Counted from the first letter of the stretch, positions 9,231-18,645 are shown. The stretch is DNA of 32,000 nucleotides from Candidatus Regiella endosymbiont of Tuberolachnus salignus (GCF_964020115.1 NZ_OZ026542.1:1845436-1877435), one strand, 5' to 3'. A program made the numbers and translations. Notes: generated by a model from the sequence alone, not told the origin.

Positions 9231-9812
9231 ATGAGAATAATCACGCTAATAGCGGTATTAGCTGTGGTTACCATTGGATTAGGTGGTGCTCTCTTTCTAG
9301 CGGGAGGGCGCCTCAATACGAGCAACAGTATGCCGTTGGGTTTGTATTGGATAACTGACAAGCCAATGACAAAAGGCGAATATGTTATTTTTTGCCCCCC
9401 ATTACAAGCCGCATTTAAAGAAGCAAAGCGGCGCGGTTATATTGGTTTCGGTTTATGCCCTGGTAACTATAGTTATATGATGAAAAAAATTGTCGCTCTC
9501 CAAGGTGACAACATTGCGATTACCGCTCAGGGTGTTAGCGTGAACGATACCTTGCTGCCTCATACCACCCCTTTGCCAACCGACAGAGCTGGGCAACCGT
9601 TACCACAAATCAGCATAGCATCTTATACCTTAAGTGAATCCGAATTATTACTCATGACGGAGCAAAGCCCTACTTCATTTGATTCACGTTATTTTGGACC
9701 TGTTAATAAAACCCAAGTTGTCTCTGTTATACGCCCCGTATTAACGTCTTCAACCTATTGGGGTCAATGGTTTTTAAAAAGATATAATCAATTAAAAAAT
9801 TATACCCAATGA
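9231..9812 (+). CDS. conjugative-transfer signal peptidase TraF-like (S26 family), orphan
   Basis: Collinear by eye with IncP (RP4) TraF: RLNTSNSMPLGLYW (catalytic Ser region), FCPP, RGYIGFGLCPGNYSYMMKKIVAL (Lys region), SFDSRYFGPV, VIRPVL. It has a tail of about 20 aa with no RP4 counterpart. The last 3 codons and the stop lie in repeat E1. Confidence 0.8.
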   Translation: MRIITLIAVLAVVTIGLGGALFLAGGRLNTSNSMPLGLYWITDKPMTKGEYVIFCPPLQAAFKEAKRRGYIGFGLCPGNYSYMMKKIVALQGDNIAITAQGVSVNDTLLPHTTPLPTDRAGQPLPQISIASYTLSESELLLMTEQSPTSFDSRYFGPVNKTQVVSVIRPVLTSSTYWGQWFLKRYNQLKNYTQ

Positions 9813-9927
9813 ATTTCGAGTTACGGCAAGGCGGCAATCAAGCGAATCCCAGGAGTATACAAGTAGTACATGACTGGGATGAGAGTGTGCAGCCAACGCC
9901 GCCGTAACTTGAAAGGCGAAGGGTATA
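9801..9927. mobile_element. ERIC-like MITE family E copy E1 (127 bp)
   Basis: The central core gaatcccaggagtatacaagtagtacatgactgggatgag resembles the ERIC core GTGAATCCCCAGGAGCTTACATAAGTAAGTGACTGGGGTGAGCG. Termini are tatacccaatgaatttcgag ... cttgaaaggcgaagggtata. Confidence 0.85.
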
Positions 9928-9941
9928 TAAGGAAATAAGAG

Positions 9942-10781
9942 ATGAATAGTAGTCAACACGTTTATTCAAAACATCTTGGTCAAAAATCACAGTATATAGA
10001 TACATACAACGAAAAATTATTAGTAGCCATACCTCGGTCAGCAGGAAGAAAAGAAATAGGCTTAATCGATGAACAAATACCCTTCACTGGATTTGATTTG
10101 TGGACGGCATATGAACTTTCTTGGTTGAATAAAAAAGGAAAACCGCAGGTTGCTATGGCGGAGTTTACTGTACCCGCCACATCCCCAAATTTGATTGAAT
10201 CCAAATCACTCAAACTTTATTTAAATAGTCTAAACCAATCCCATCTCGATTCTTCAGAGGTTCACCAACATATCTCAAAAGACCTCTCTCACATCGCTGA
10301 AGCTGAAGTGAAAGTGACACTATTTGAGGGGATGAAAAATTACAGCAAAAAAATTGATGAGCCTGACTACATTAGCATTGATGAAAGCGATATAGAGGTC
10401 AATGACTATAAATTTAATGCTGATCATTTAAAAAATGCAGTGACAGAAAAATCACCTTTTGTTACTGAGCGCCTGACGTCAAATCTTTTAAAATCTAATT
10501 GTTTAGTCACCCTGCAACCTGACTGGGCCAGTGTTTTTATAAAATATGAAGGCAAAAAAATAGATAGAGAAAAGTTGCTTCGATATATTATCTCGTTCCG
10601 AAAACATAATGAATTTCATGAGCAATGTGTAGAAAGGATATTTTTAGATATAAAAAAATATTGTCATCCACAAAAATTAACGGTTTTTGCCAGATATACA
10701 CGTCGAGGAGGATTAGATATTAATCCCTTTAGAAGCGATTACGAATCGACATCAGCCATAGGGCGATTAGTCAGACAATAA
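9942..10781 (+). CDS. queF: NADPH-dependent 7-cyano-7-deazaguanine reductase (two-domain type)
   Basis: 279 aa are collinear with E. coli QueF: LIESKSLKLYLNS, LLKSNCLVTLQPDW, REKLLRYIISFRKHNEFHEQCVERIF, ARYTRRGGLDINP, RLVRQ-stop. Confidence 0.95.
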   Translation: MNSSQHVYSKHLGQKSQYIDTYNEKLLVAIPRSAGRKEIGLIDEQIPFTGFDLWTAYELSWLNKKGKPQVAMAEFTVPATSPNLIESKSLKLYLNSLNQSHLDSSEVHQHISKDLSHIAEAEVKVTLFEGMKNYSKKIDEPDYISIDESDIEVNDYKFNADHLKNAVTEKSPFVTERLTSNLLKSNCLVTLQPDWASVFIKYEGKKIDREKLLRYIISFRKHNEFHEQCVERIFLDIKKYCHPQKLTVFARYTRRGGLDINPFRSDYESTSAIGRLVRQ

Positions 10782-10830
10782 GTGACTGCTCCCCGCCCTA
10801 TTGGACAACAGTTTACAGCGAATTTTGCTA
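10782..10830. repeat. repeat family F copy F1
   Basis: gtgactgctccccgccc...cgaattttgcta. The 17-mer gtgactgctccccgccc recurs at 18596 and, reverse-complemented, at 27661-27677. Confidence 0.6.
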
Positions 10831-10974
10831 AGAGCCTATTCGAAATCTTCTTGAGCGACGCTCAATTGAGGAAAAAATGGGCGAAAAAGCGCAGTTTACA
10901 TACAGTAAATGAGCATTTTGAGCCCGTTTTTGACGAAGTATCAGCGAGCACAAGAGATTTCGAGCAGGTGCTAA
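10828..10974. mobile_element. MITE family C copy C2 (147 bp)
   Basis: ctaagagcctattcgaaatcttcttgagcgacgctcaattgagg...gtatcagcgagcacaagagatttcgagcaggtgctaa. Its terminal cta (10971-10973) is the stop codon of the truncated gppA. Confidence 0.9.
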
Positions 10975-11876
10975 CACAGCATCTCGTACAACAGCCCCTC
11001 CCGCAGCCCTCCTCCTGAAAGACCCATACTTTCGATATTTAATTCCTGAAAAATAGCGATCAAAATCGACAAACCACTGGGAAAAACACCGGTACGCTCT
11101 AACGTCAATCCTGCAATATCCAGATTCTCTATATTGCCGCAGACAATCGCTTTTTGTTTCAATTGCTGTAACCTTTCTAAGGTGATCAATTCGTCCATCC
11201 CTTGATTGATCATAATTTCTTGCAATCGTTGAACAATACCAGAAGTCCCAACGCAAATTTGCCAACCATGGTGACGAAAATTCACGCCAACTGGCTGAAT
11301 AATTTCTCGCGCACTTTGTTCAGCTTGAGCAAAATTTTGGGTTGATAGCACAGCATCGTGAAAATAACGATCCAGCCAAGTAACGCAACCCATGGGCAGA
11401 CTGACTAGAATATTGGCTTGTGTCCCAATGCCCGCAATCAGTTCGGTACTGCCTCCCCCAATATCAACCACTAAACGCTTTTCCGACCCTATGGTATTTT
11501 GTGCCATTCCCTGATAAATGAGTCGTGCTTCTTCCTCACCACTAATCACCTCGATAGAACAATTTAGAATATCACGTGCTCTGGCCAAAAATAGATCCGC
11601 ATTAGATGCTAACCTTAATGCCGCAGTTGCAACCACACGGATCTGATGACGAGGAATATTTTGTAAAGAGGTAGCAAATAATGTTAAGCATTGCCAACCT
11701 CGTTCTAGTGACGCTTGCGATAAGCAATTTTTAGCATCTAGACCTGCTGCTAAGCGTACTTTTTGCTTAATACGGGTTAATGGTTGAAAACTGCCAGCTA
11801 CCTTACGTACTACCAACATATGAAAACTATTGGATCCCAGGTCGATAACAGCATGGTCTGAGGTAGCATTGGACAT
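10971..11876 (-). pseudogene. gppA: guanosine pentaphosphate phosphohydrolase, 3'-truncated (N-terminal Ppx/GppA domains only, 301 aa)
   Basis: Aligns with E. coli GppA residues 1 to about 300 ([56 protein letters not shown]). E. coli GppA is 494 aa. The frame ends in MITE C2, and queF follows immediately. Confidence 0.8.
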
Positions 11877-11882
11877 CGTATA

Positions 11883-13178
11883 TTATTGACCTGATCGTTT
11901 ACGGTTGTTACGTAATACATTATTGTCGCTACGTGATACAGATTGGCGGCGCGTACTGACGAGAGTGCGACGGGCACGTGGCAGAGGTTTGGGTTGAGGC
12001 AAATCTGTTAACAAGCTATCACTATTATATTTACTGACCGGGATCCGATGACCGATATAGGCTTCAATTGCCGGCAAATTTAGTGCGTATTCTTCACAAG
12101 CTAAACTGATTGAATAACCACTTTCTCCCGCCCGCCCAGTACGACCTATGCGGTGAACATAATCTTCACAATCATCAGGTAGGTCATAATTAAAAACATG
12201 TGTCACTAATGGAATATGCAACCCACGGGCAGCGACATCCGTCGCAACTAAAATATCTAGATCGCCTTTTGTAAATTCTTCTAAAATACGTTGACGTTTT
12301 TTTTGCGCAACATCTCCTGTCAATAGCCCAACTCTATGGCCATCAGCGGCTAAATGACGCCAAATATCTTCACAACGATGCTTAGTATTAGAAAAAATAA
12401 TACAACGATCTGGCCATTCTTCTTCAATCAGTGTTTGTAATAGCCGCATTTTCTCTTCATTTGAAGGATAAAATAATTCTTCTTGAATACGGTGGCCTGT
12501 TTTTTGTAGCGGCTCTACTTCAACATATTGGCCATTATGCATTAGTTCAAATGCAAGCTCATGTACTCGGCAAGACAGGGTGGCGGAAAATAGCATATTC
12601 AAGCGTTTATCTGCTGATGGCATACTATGAAAAAGCCAACGTATATCTTTGATAAAACTGATATCACACATACGATCAGCTTCATCTAACACCACAACCT
12701 GAATTGCAGCTAAATTAATATAGCCTTGTTTTGCATAATCAATGATACGGCCAGTGGTGCCAATTAGAATATCAACGCCCTTTTCCAGTACCTTAAGTTG
12801 TTTATCATAACCATCCCCACCGTAAGCCAGACCTAATTTCAAGCCGCTGGATTGAGATAAAGACACCGCGTCTGCATGAATCTGTAGGGCTAACTCCCGT
12901 GTCGGTCCCATAATTAAAGCGCGTGGTTGATTAATCATTTTTCCCTCTTCCACTGGGAAAGAAAGTAAATGATGAAAAGTAGACGCTAAAAACGCGAGCG
13001 TCTTTCCAGTACCTGTTTGCGCCTGACCCGCCACATCTTGCCCGGTTAGGGTGATTGGCAACGTTAACGCCTGGATAGGCGTGCAATTATGAAATCCTTC
13101 ATTTTCAAGAACCTCGATAACCTGTGGGTGCAGGGCGAAGTCGGAAAACTTCTGTTCGGTCAAGTGTGTTTTGCTCAT
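11883..13178 (-). CDS. rhlB: ATP-dependent RNA helicase RhlB
   Basis: DEAD-box motifs [30 protein letters not shown]-terminus [22 protein letters not shown] as in E. coli RhlB. Syntenic with gppA and trxA. Confidence 0.95.
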   Translation of the reverse strand: MSKTHLTEQKFSDFALHPQVIEVLENEGFHNCTPIQALTLPITLTGQDVAGQAQTGTGKTLAFLASTFHHLLSFPVEEGKMINQPRALIMGPTRELALQIHADAVSLSQSSGLKLGLAYGGDGYDKQLKVLEKGVDILIGTTGRIIDYAKQGYINLAAIQVVVLDEADRMCDISFIKDIRWLFHSMPSADKRLNMLFSATLSCRVHELAFELMHNGQYVEVEPLQKTGHRIQEELFYPSNEEKMRLLQTLIEEEWPDRCIIFSNTKHRCEDIWRHLAADGHRVGLLTGDVAQKKRQRILEEFTKGDLDILVATDVAARGLHIPLVTHVFNYDLPDDCEDYVHRIGRTGRAGESGYSISLACEEYALNLPAIEAYIGHRIPVSKYNSDSLLTDLPQPKPLPRARRTLVSTRRQSVSRSDNNVLRNNRKRSGQ

Positions 13179-13296
13179 AGTGTGGTAGAATATCAGCTAA
13201 TTGTTGCTTTAAGAAAGCGTATCCGGTGAAATAAAGTCAATCTTTTCTTGATTAATACTATATCAAACCAGTTGACACAATACTTTGGAGTAGAGT

Positions 13297-13623
13297 ATGA
13301 GCAAAAATATAAAGGATCTTGAAGATAAAGCCTTCCAAGTTGATGTGTTAGAGGCCAGTGATCCGGTGTTAGTTGATTTTTGGGCGGAATGGTGCGGTCC
13401 ATGTAAAACACTTGCTCCAATTTTGGATGAAATTGCTAACGAATATAAAGGGAAGTTAACTGTCGCGAAGTTAAATATAGATGACCAGCAGGAAACAGCT
13501 AAAAAATATGGTGTACGCGGCATCCCAACACTATTGTTATTTAAAGACGGGAAGATAGCAGCGAATCAGGTAGGACTTGTATCGAAAACTGACATCAAGA
13601 AACTTCTGGATACCCATTTGTAA
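13297..13623 (+). CDS. trxA: thioredoxin 1
   Basis: 108 aa with the WCGPC active site; collinear with E. coli TrxA. Confidence 0.95.
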   Translation: MSKNIKDLEDKAFQVDVLEASDPVLVDFWAEWCGPCKTLAPILDEIANEYKGKLTVAKLNIDDQQETAKKYGVRGIPTLLLFKDGKIAANQVGLVSKTDIKKLLDTHL

Positions 13624-13969
13624 TCGATTTTGACATCATCACAGTCAGATATTTAACGTAAAATATGATTTCTCTCTCGCTGGCAGCTAGACGATTGCAA
13701 AGAAGCATGTTAGATTTAGTTCATTCACTGCGCGGCTTATTTCTTTCAAAAACAGAATTAAGCACTGTTCTCGCTGCACAGAATGCATTGATGGCAGAGC
13801 GCTCTTCACCTAGCTAATTGTTGCCTGACGATTTAATCAAGTAAAAACTCATCTAAGCGAGTGAAGGTTAATCATATTCGTAGTAGGGTTCCCCGGCTTA
13901 AAGGTCGGGGGTGCCGCCAAAGAATCAGTCTAAACATTTAACCTCGAAGCTGCCATTGTCACGCGTGTT

Positions 13970-14095
13970 TATACCCTTCGCCTTTGAAGCTGCCACTAGG
14001 CGGCCAGGGCGTGAGACCGATGAGCGTAGATATACTACGTGATTCGGCGAACACCCGCAGCCAACAACACGGCAGCTTCAAAAGCGAAGGGTATA
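13970..14095. mobile_element. ERIC-like MITE family A copy A4, in the rho leader
   Basis: tatacccttcgcctttgaagctgccactaggcggcc...cagccaacaacacggcagcttcaaaagcgaagggtata. It ends 78 nt upstream of the rho ATG. Degenerate B- and A-like fragments lie at about 13918-13955. Confidence 0.9.
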
Positions 14096-14173
14096 GCGTG
14101 GTTCGCCGACTGCTTTATCACACAATCCAAAACAATACTTCGAGACAATTCCCAATTTAAAGAACCCACCATT

Positions 14174-15433
14174 ATGAATCTTACTGAATTAAAGCACACC
14201 TCAGTTGCTGAGTTAATAAAACTTGGCGAAGAAATGGGGCTAGAAAATCTACCTCGTATGCGAAAACAAGACATTATCTTTTCTATCCTTAAACAGCACG
14301 CTAAAAGTGGCGAAGATATCTTTGGTGATGGTGTGTTGGAAATATTGCAAGATGGATTTGGTTTTCTCCGTTCAGGAGACAGTTCCTACCTTGCCGGCCC
14401 CGACGATATCTATGTTTCTCCTAGCCAAATTCGTCGTTTTAATCTTCGTACTGGCGACACCATTGCCGGTAAAATTAGGCCACCTAAAGAAGGCGAACGT
14501 TATTTTGCTCTGTTGAAAGTGGACAAAGTTAATTACGACAAACCAGAAAATGCCCGCAACAAAATACTCTTTGAAAATCTGACGCCTCTACATGCTAATT
14601 TGCGGCTAAGGATGGAGCGAGGAAATGGTTCAACGGAAGATTTAACCGCTCGAGTGCTCGATCTTGCTGCACCTATCGGTTGTGGGCAGCGAGGTTTGAT
14701 TGTAGCTCCACCCAAAGCAGGAAAAACAATGTTATTGCAAAATATTGCCACTAACATTGCCCATAACCATCCCGATTGTGTATTGATGGTACTGTTGATT
14801 GATGAACGTCCGGAAGAAGTCACAGAAATGCAACGTTTAGTTAAAGGCGAAGTTATTGCTTCTACCTTTGACGAACCTGCATCTCGTCATGTTCAAGTGG
14901 CTGAAATGGTGATTGAAACAGCAAAAAGATTAGTTGAACATAAGAAAGATGTCATCATTTTATTAGACTCAATTACTCGTTTAGCCCGCGCCTATAACAC
15001 AGTGGTTCCCGCTTCAGGTAAAGTCTTAACGGGTGGTGTCGATGCTAATGCTTTACATCGGCCTAAACGGTTTTTTGGAGCAGCGCGTAACGTTGAAGAA
15101 GGCGGTAGTTTGACCATTATCGCTACTGCATTGGTTGATACCGGTTCTAAAATGGATGAAGTCATCTATGAAGAATTTAAGGGTACAGGCAACATGGAAC
15201 TGCATTTATCACGTAAAATTGCTGAAAAACGTGTATTCCCTGCCATTGATTACAACCGCTCTGGCACAAGAAAAGAAGAACTTCTCACCTCTGTGGAAGA
15301 ATTACAAAAAATGTGGATACTGCGTAAAATTATCCATCCCATGGGCGAAATTGATGCAATGGAATTTCTTATCAACAAATTGGCTATGACCAAAACTAAT
15401 GATGAATTTTTCGACATGATGAAACGTTCGTAA
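14174..15433 (+). CDS. rho: transcription termination factor Rho
   Basis: 419 aa from ATG 14174 ([26 protein letters not shown]...), the same length as E. coli Rho and near-identical to it. The 45 upstream codons in the ORF track are MITE read-through. Confidence 0.97.
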   Translation: MNLTELKHTSVAELIKLGEEMGLENLPRMRKQDIIFSILKQHAKSGEDIFGDGVLEILQDGFGFLRSGDSSYLAGPDDIYVSPSQIRRFNLRTGDTIAGKIRPPKEGERYFALLKVDKVNYDKPENARNKILFENLTPLHANLRLRMERGNGSTEDLTARVLDLAAPIGCGQRGLIVAPPKAGKTMLLQNIATNIAHNHPDCVLMVLLIDERPEEVTEMQRLVKGEVIASTFDEPASRHVQVAEMVIETAKRLVEHKKDVIILLDSITRLARAYNTVVPASGKVLTGGVDANALHRPKRFFGAARNVEEGGSLTIIATALVDTGSKMDEVIYEEFKGTGNMELHLSRKIAEKRVFPAIDYNRSGTRKEELLTSVEELQKMWILRKIIHPMGEIDAMEFLINKLAMTKTNDEFFDMMKRS

Positions 15434-15581
15434 ATTTCATCATCATAAAAATTAAATAAACACCGCTTACAGAAAAAACGTTTTTGAGTAAGTGTTCGTC
15501 GTTAGTCTTAATTGACGGTAATCAGTACGAGATTAAAAAATCTGTGATACTTTCTCAGCGTATTAAACGTCATAACTGTAA

Positions 15582-15745
15582 CTTAAGAGCCTGTTCCAAA
15601 TCTTTTTGAGCGATGCTCAAACGAGGAAAAAACAGGCGAAAAGGCGCAGTTGCCTTTTTTGTACAAAGCAAGGTAGTAAATGAGCATTTTAAGCTCGTTT
15701 TTGATGAAGTATCAGCGAGCACAAGATATTTTGAACAGGCTCTCA
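15582..15745. mobile_element. MITE family C copy C3 (164 bp)
   Basis: cttaagagcctgttccaaatctttttgagcgatgctcaaacgagg...gtatcagcgagcacaagatattttgaacaggctctca. Confidence 0.85.
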
Positions 15746-16018
15746 AAAAAGAGGTTAAGCGATTAGCTAAAAACAAGGCATGATTTACTATAATGTTTTT
15801 GATTCATAATCAATTATTTTATTTTTAAAAGCGTTTTTTGAAAGCGAGCTAAAGCAATACTCCGTATAAAGTCACTTTGTATTTATATGTAAACATGAGT
15901 AAGGGTTGTGGTGGTGTTTTGATATTTATTTTTACAAATTGAATATAAAAATTAACACTATATTTTCAACCCAATTAAATAACTACTAGCTCCTATAATC
16001 ACAACAGAGAACGTTAAA

Positions 16019-16411
16019 ATGTCATCATCTTTTACTGTGCAAAACGATCCTTTACAGGAGGATACAATAATAAAAATCACACCAGGGACAGAAGATCTTC
16101 CTATTTCAGGTGAAAATAAACAACCTATATCTTGTTTTTGTAGCACTGAAAAAACAGCCGATAGTGATAATAAAGAAAAGGAAGTACTGCTTGACGCTTT
16201 AAACGATCCGCCAACTTTACGCGCGCCTAATCTGGTTATTTCGAAAACCTTCTCAAGTTTGGATAGATATTTCACTAAACTTTTTCATGCTTCAGCTGCA
16301 ACAGATAATAATTCTGCTTCCATCAATCAGTCGATCCACAATATTTTAGACAGATTTAGCGCCAGAAAACTAACTGCAGAAGATATTCACAGGGTCTTTA
16401 GCACACTTTAA
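16019..16411 (+). CDS. hypothetical protein (130 aa, orphan, in AT-rich DNA)
   Basis: Longest ORF in an AT-rich, repeat-free stretch; only a weak SD. I recognise no similarity. No TM segment or signal peptide is apparent, and the N-terminus is Ser/Thr/Pro-rich. Confidence 0.4.
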   Translation: MSSSFTVQNDPLQEDTIIKITPGTEDLPISGENKQPISCFCSTEKTADSDNKEKEVLLDALNDPPTLRAPNLVISKTFSSLDRYFTKLFHASAATDNNSASINQSIHNILDRFSARKLTAEDIHRVFSTL

Positions 16412-16426
16412 CATCCTCCCTGGCCA

Positions 16427-16460
16427 GGATCTGCGTTCAGATTGAAACCTGAACGCGATC
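16427..16460. terminator. hairpin between convergent orf130 and ampC
   Basis: ggatctgcgttcag-attgaaac-ctgaacgcgatc forms a stem of about 12 bp with one bulge. There is no clear U-run. Confidence 0.3.
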
Positions 16461-16502
16461 TGGTACGACCTAACGCTCTAAGAGCCTGCCGCTGTAAATC
16501 TA

Positions 16503-17669
16503 CTACAACTTATCGAGTTGCTCTAAAATTTCATATCCCGCTTTTACTCTTTGATCGATGGGATAAGATTTGTTGGCCAATATCACAACGCCTCTTTTTT
16601 TGCTCGGCACAAAAGCGATGTAATTGGCAAAACCATTGGTTGAGCCTGTTTTATTGATCAACACATCTGCGGTTGGCCGTAAATTAGAGATGATGCGAGT
16701 AGTAGGTGTATCTTTAAGAAGTGCGGCATTTCCTTTAAATAATTCTTTAATGTCAGTTGGATAATGATATTGCTCCCACATTAAATTTTGTGTTATCCCC
16801 TCTGCTTTGAAATAAACGAGATGCGTGTTATCTATCGCATCCTGAAGTTTTTGATTAACGGTTATTTCGTTCATATTAGCTTGAATATAGCGAACGAGAT
16901 CATGGGTGCAGGATTTCAAACCATAGGCTTCAGATGACAACACAGCAGGTTTCATCCGAATCGGAGAGCCTGTCTGTGTGTAACCTTGCGCGTAATCCTT
17001 CATTTTATCCGCTGGAACATCAATATAGGTGTGAGTCATTCCAAGTGGTGTCAATATTATATTTTTCAGCAAACTATCATAAGAGCCCTGCAAACTTTTA
17101 GCCGTTACTATGCCAAGCAGACCAATGCCTAGATTGGAATAAACTCGATATGTACCAATGGGGTAAGGAGGTTGCCATTGCTTAAAATAGTCCATTAGTT
17201 CATCTTTATTCTTAATATTTTCAGGAACAAACAACGGCAGGCCTGATGTGTGCGTAGCCAAATTTAATAAACTAATTTTATCAAACGCGGTCTTTGCAAG
17301 ATCAGGCAGGTGTTCACTGGCATGATCTGAAAGCGAAAGTTTATTACTGACCGCGGCATAAGAAGCCAATATTGCAGTAAAGGTCTTACTGATTGAACCT
17401 ATTTCAAAAAGCGTTTGATTGGTTATAGGCGCAGCTGCTTCTTTTGACATGACACCATAGTTGTAAAAATAATGATTACCATCCAGGGTGACAGCAACCG
17501 CCATGCCGGGGATGTTATATTCTTGTATTAATGGCTGAACGGTATCATTGACAATCTTATCGATCCTAGCTTGATAAATATTTTCCGCAGCATAATTGCG
17601 AGTAGCCATCAAACTTAGACAAAAAAACATCAATGATTGCAATACCTTCTTGATAAACACATAGCGCAT
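16503..17669 (-). CDS. ampC: class C beta-lactamase
   Basis: Signal peptide, then the class C motifs S-x-S-K (GSISKTF), Y-S-N (RVYSNLGIG) and K-T-G (NKTGSTNGF). Collinear with E. coli AmpC (PGMAVAV, LFELGS, LATHTSG). Confidence 0.9.
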   Translation of the reverse strand: MRYVFIKKVLQSLMFFCLSLMATRNYAAENIYQARIDKIVNDTVQPLIQEYNIPGMAVAVTLDGNHYFYNYGVMSKEAAAPITNQTLFEIGSISKTFTAILASYAAVSNKLSLSDHASEHLPDLAKTAFDKISLLNLATHTSGLPLFVPENIKNKDELMDYFKQWQPPYPIGTYRVYSNLGIGLLGIVTAKSLQGSYDSLLKNIILTPLGMTHTYIDVPADKMKDYAQGYTQTGSPIRMKPAVLSSEAYGLKSCTHDLVRYIQANMNEITVNQKLQDAIDNTHLVYFKAEGITQNLMWEQYHYPTDIKELFKGNAALLKDTPTTRIISNLRPTADVLINKTGSTNGFANYIAFVPSKKRGVVILANKSYPIDQRVKAGYEILEQLDKL

Positions 17670-17717
17670 ATATTCTCCGTATTAAGATGAGGCAAGTGAA
17701 TGACATCGACAAAAATC

Positions 17718-17970
17718 CTAGCAGCTTGTTCGAACTCTCTTGTGTTCGCTGATATACCCTTCGTCTTTGAAGCCACCACGTTGTTAGCTGCCAGCCCTCG
17801 CCCTCATGGTAGGTCTACGTTCATCGGCCTCACCCCCTGAGCCGCCTAGCGGCAACTTCAAGGACGATAGGTATATTAGATAAAAAAAAGGGCGATAAGT
17901 GTTCATTTACTCTGTAAATTACACTTTATCGCCTGTTTTTACTTAATTAAGGCTCGTTCTAGAAAATTTT
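17718..17970. mobile_element. MITE family C copy C4 (degenerate, carries nested A5)
   Basis: ctagcagcttgttcgaactctcttgtgttcgctga-TA[A5]TA-ttagataaaaaaaagggcgataagtgttcatttactctgtaaattacactttatcgcctgttttt aligns with reverse-oriented C copies. Confidence 0.6.
17753..17875. mobile_element. ERIC-like MITE family A copy A5, nested in C4
   Basis: TA-tacccttcgtctttgaagccaccacg...ctagcggcaacttcaaggacgataggta-TA. An uninterrupted C copy reads ctgaTActtcg at this point. Confidence 0.85.
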
Positions 17971-18438
17971 TTAACGGGGGCTAACGGTGACATTATTACC
18001 ACTACCTGCCAAGAGTACACGTTGACCAGGGCTAAATTGGGTTTTACCTTGTTTTTGTACCACTGAAATAGTGACACCATCATCTTTACGAATTTCTAAC
18101 TGAACACCTTTAGTCGTATTTAGCTTGCCTTGTATCCCTTGACCCGCCATCCCCCCGGCTACTGCACCGGCCGCAGTTGCTAAGCTTTGGCCTCTACCCC
18201 CACCGATGGTATTTCCTAAAAATCCGCCTAAAACAGCACCACCAATAGCGCCCATGACATTGGATTTATCTCCTCCTTGAATAGTAACGGGACGCACAGA
18301 GATCACTGTGCCGTAGGATACAGCCTGTGCTTGCTTAGCTTGGTGGTCGCTAAAAACATCACCGGATGTGGTGCTAAGATTAGTACAGCCTGTCAAAGTA
18401 GCTGTGGCAATAGTCACAACGAGTAAAGACTTAATCAT
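17971..18438 (-). CDS. slyB: outer-membrane lipoprotein SlyB (glycine-zipper)
   Basis: Lipobox LTGC, then GAIGGAVLGGFLGNTIGGG...SLATAAGAVAGGMAGQG and C-terminus RFSPGQRVLLAGSGNNVTVSPR. Collinear with E. coli SlyB. Confidence 0.9.
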   Translation of the reverse strand: MIKSLLVVTIATATLTGCTNLSTTSGDVFSDHQAKQAQAVSYGTVISVRPVTIQGGDKSNVMGAIGGAVLGGFLGNTIGGGRGQSLATAAGAVAGGMAGQGIQGKLNTTKGVQLEIRKDDGVTISVVQKQGKTQFSPGQRVLLAGSGNNVTVSPR

Positions 18439-18489
18439 AAAAGCTCCTGTTTAGAAATAGATGATCGTTGTAAAGTTAATTGCATTTAT

Positions 18490-18569
18490 CTAAGAGCCTG
18501 TTCGAAATATCTTGTGCTCACTGATACTTCGTCAAATATGAGCTTAAAAAGATTTCGAGCAGGCTCTAA
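18490..18569. mobile_element. MITE family C deletion derivative C5 (80 bp)
   Basis: ctaagagcctgttcgaaatatcttgtgctcactgatacttcgtcaaatatgagcttaaaaagatttcgagcaggctctaa; both termini are kept and the core is deleted. Confidence 0.8.
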
Positions 18570-18595
18570 CAAATACTCAATGTTGATGTGATGTT

Positions 18596-18645
18596 GTGAC
18601 TGCTCCCCGCCCATATTATGCGAGGGGTTACGACGAATTTTGCTA
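18596..18645. repeat. repeat family F copy F2
   Basis: gtgactgctccccgcccatattatgcgaggggttacgacgaattttgcta; same ends as F1. Confidence 0.6.

Noticed and set aside
14039-14173. A 45-codon N-terminal extension of the rho ORF in the ORF track.
   Set aside because: The extension is translation of MITE A4 and leader sequence. E. coli Rho starts at the equivalent of ATG 14174, and the 419-aa length matches exactly.
15895-15942. A 15-codon hydrophobic mini-ORF (MSKGCGGVLIFIFTN) in the AT-rich region, considered as a type I toxin or leader peptide.
   Set aside because: It is too short, there is no evident SD or antisense RNA partner, and there is nothing to compare it with. It cannot be supported from sequence alone.
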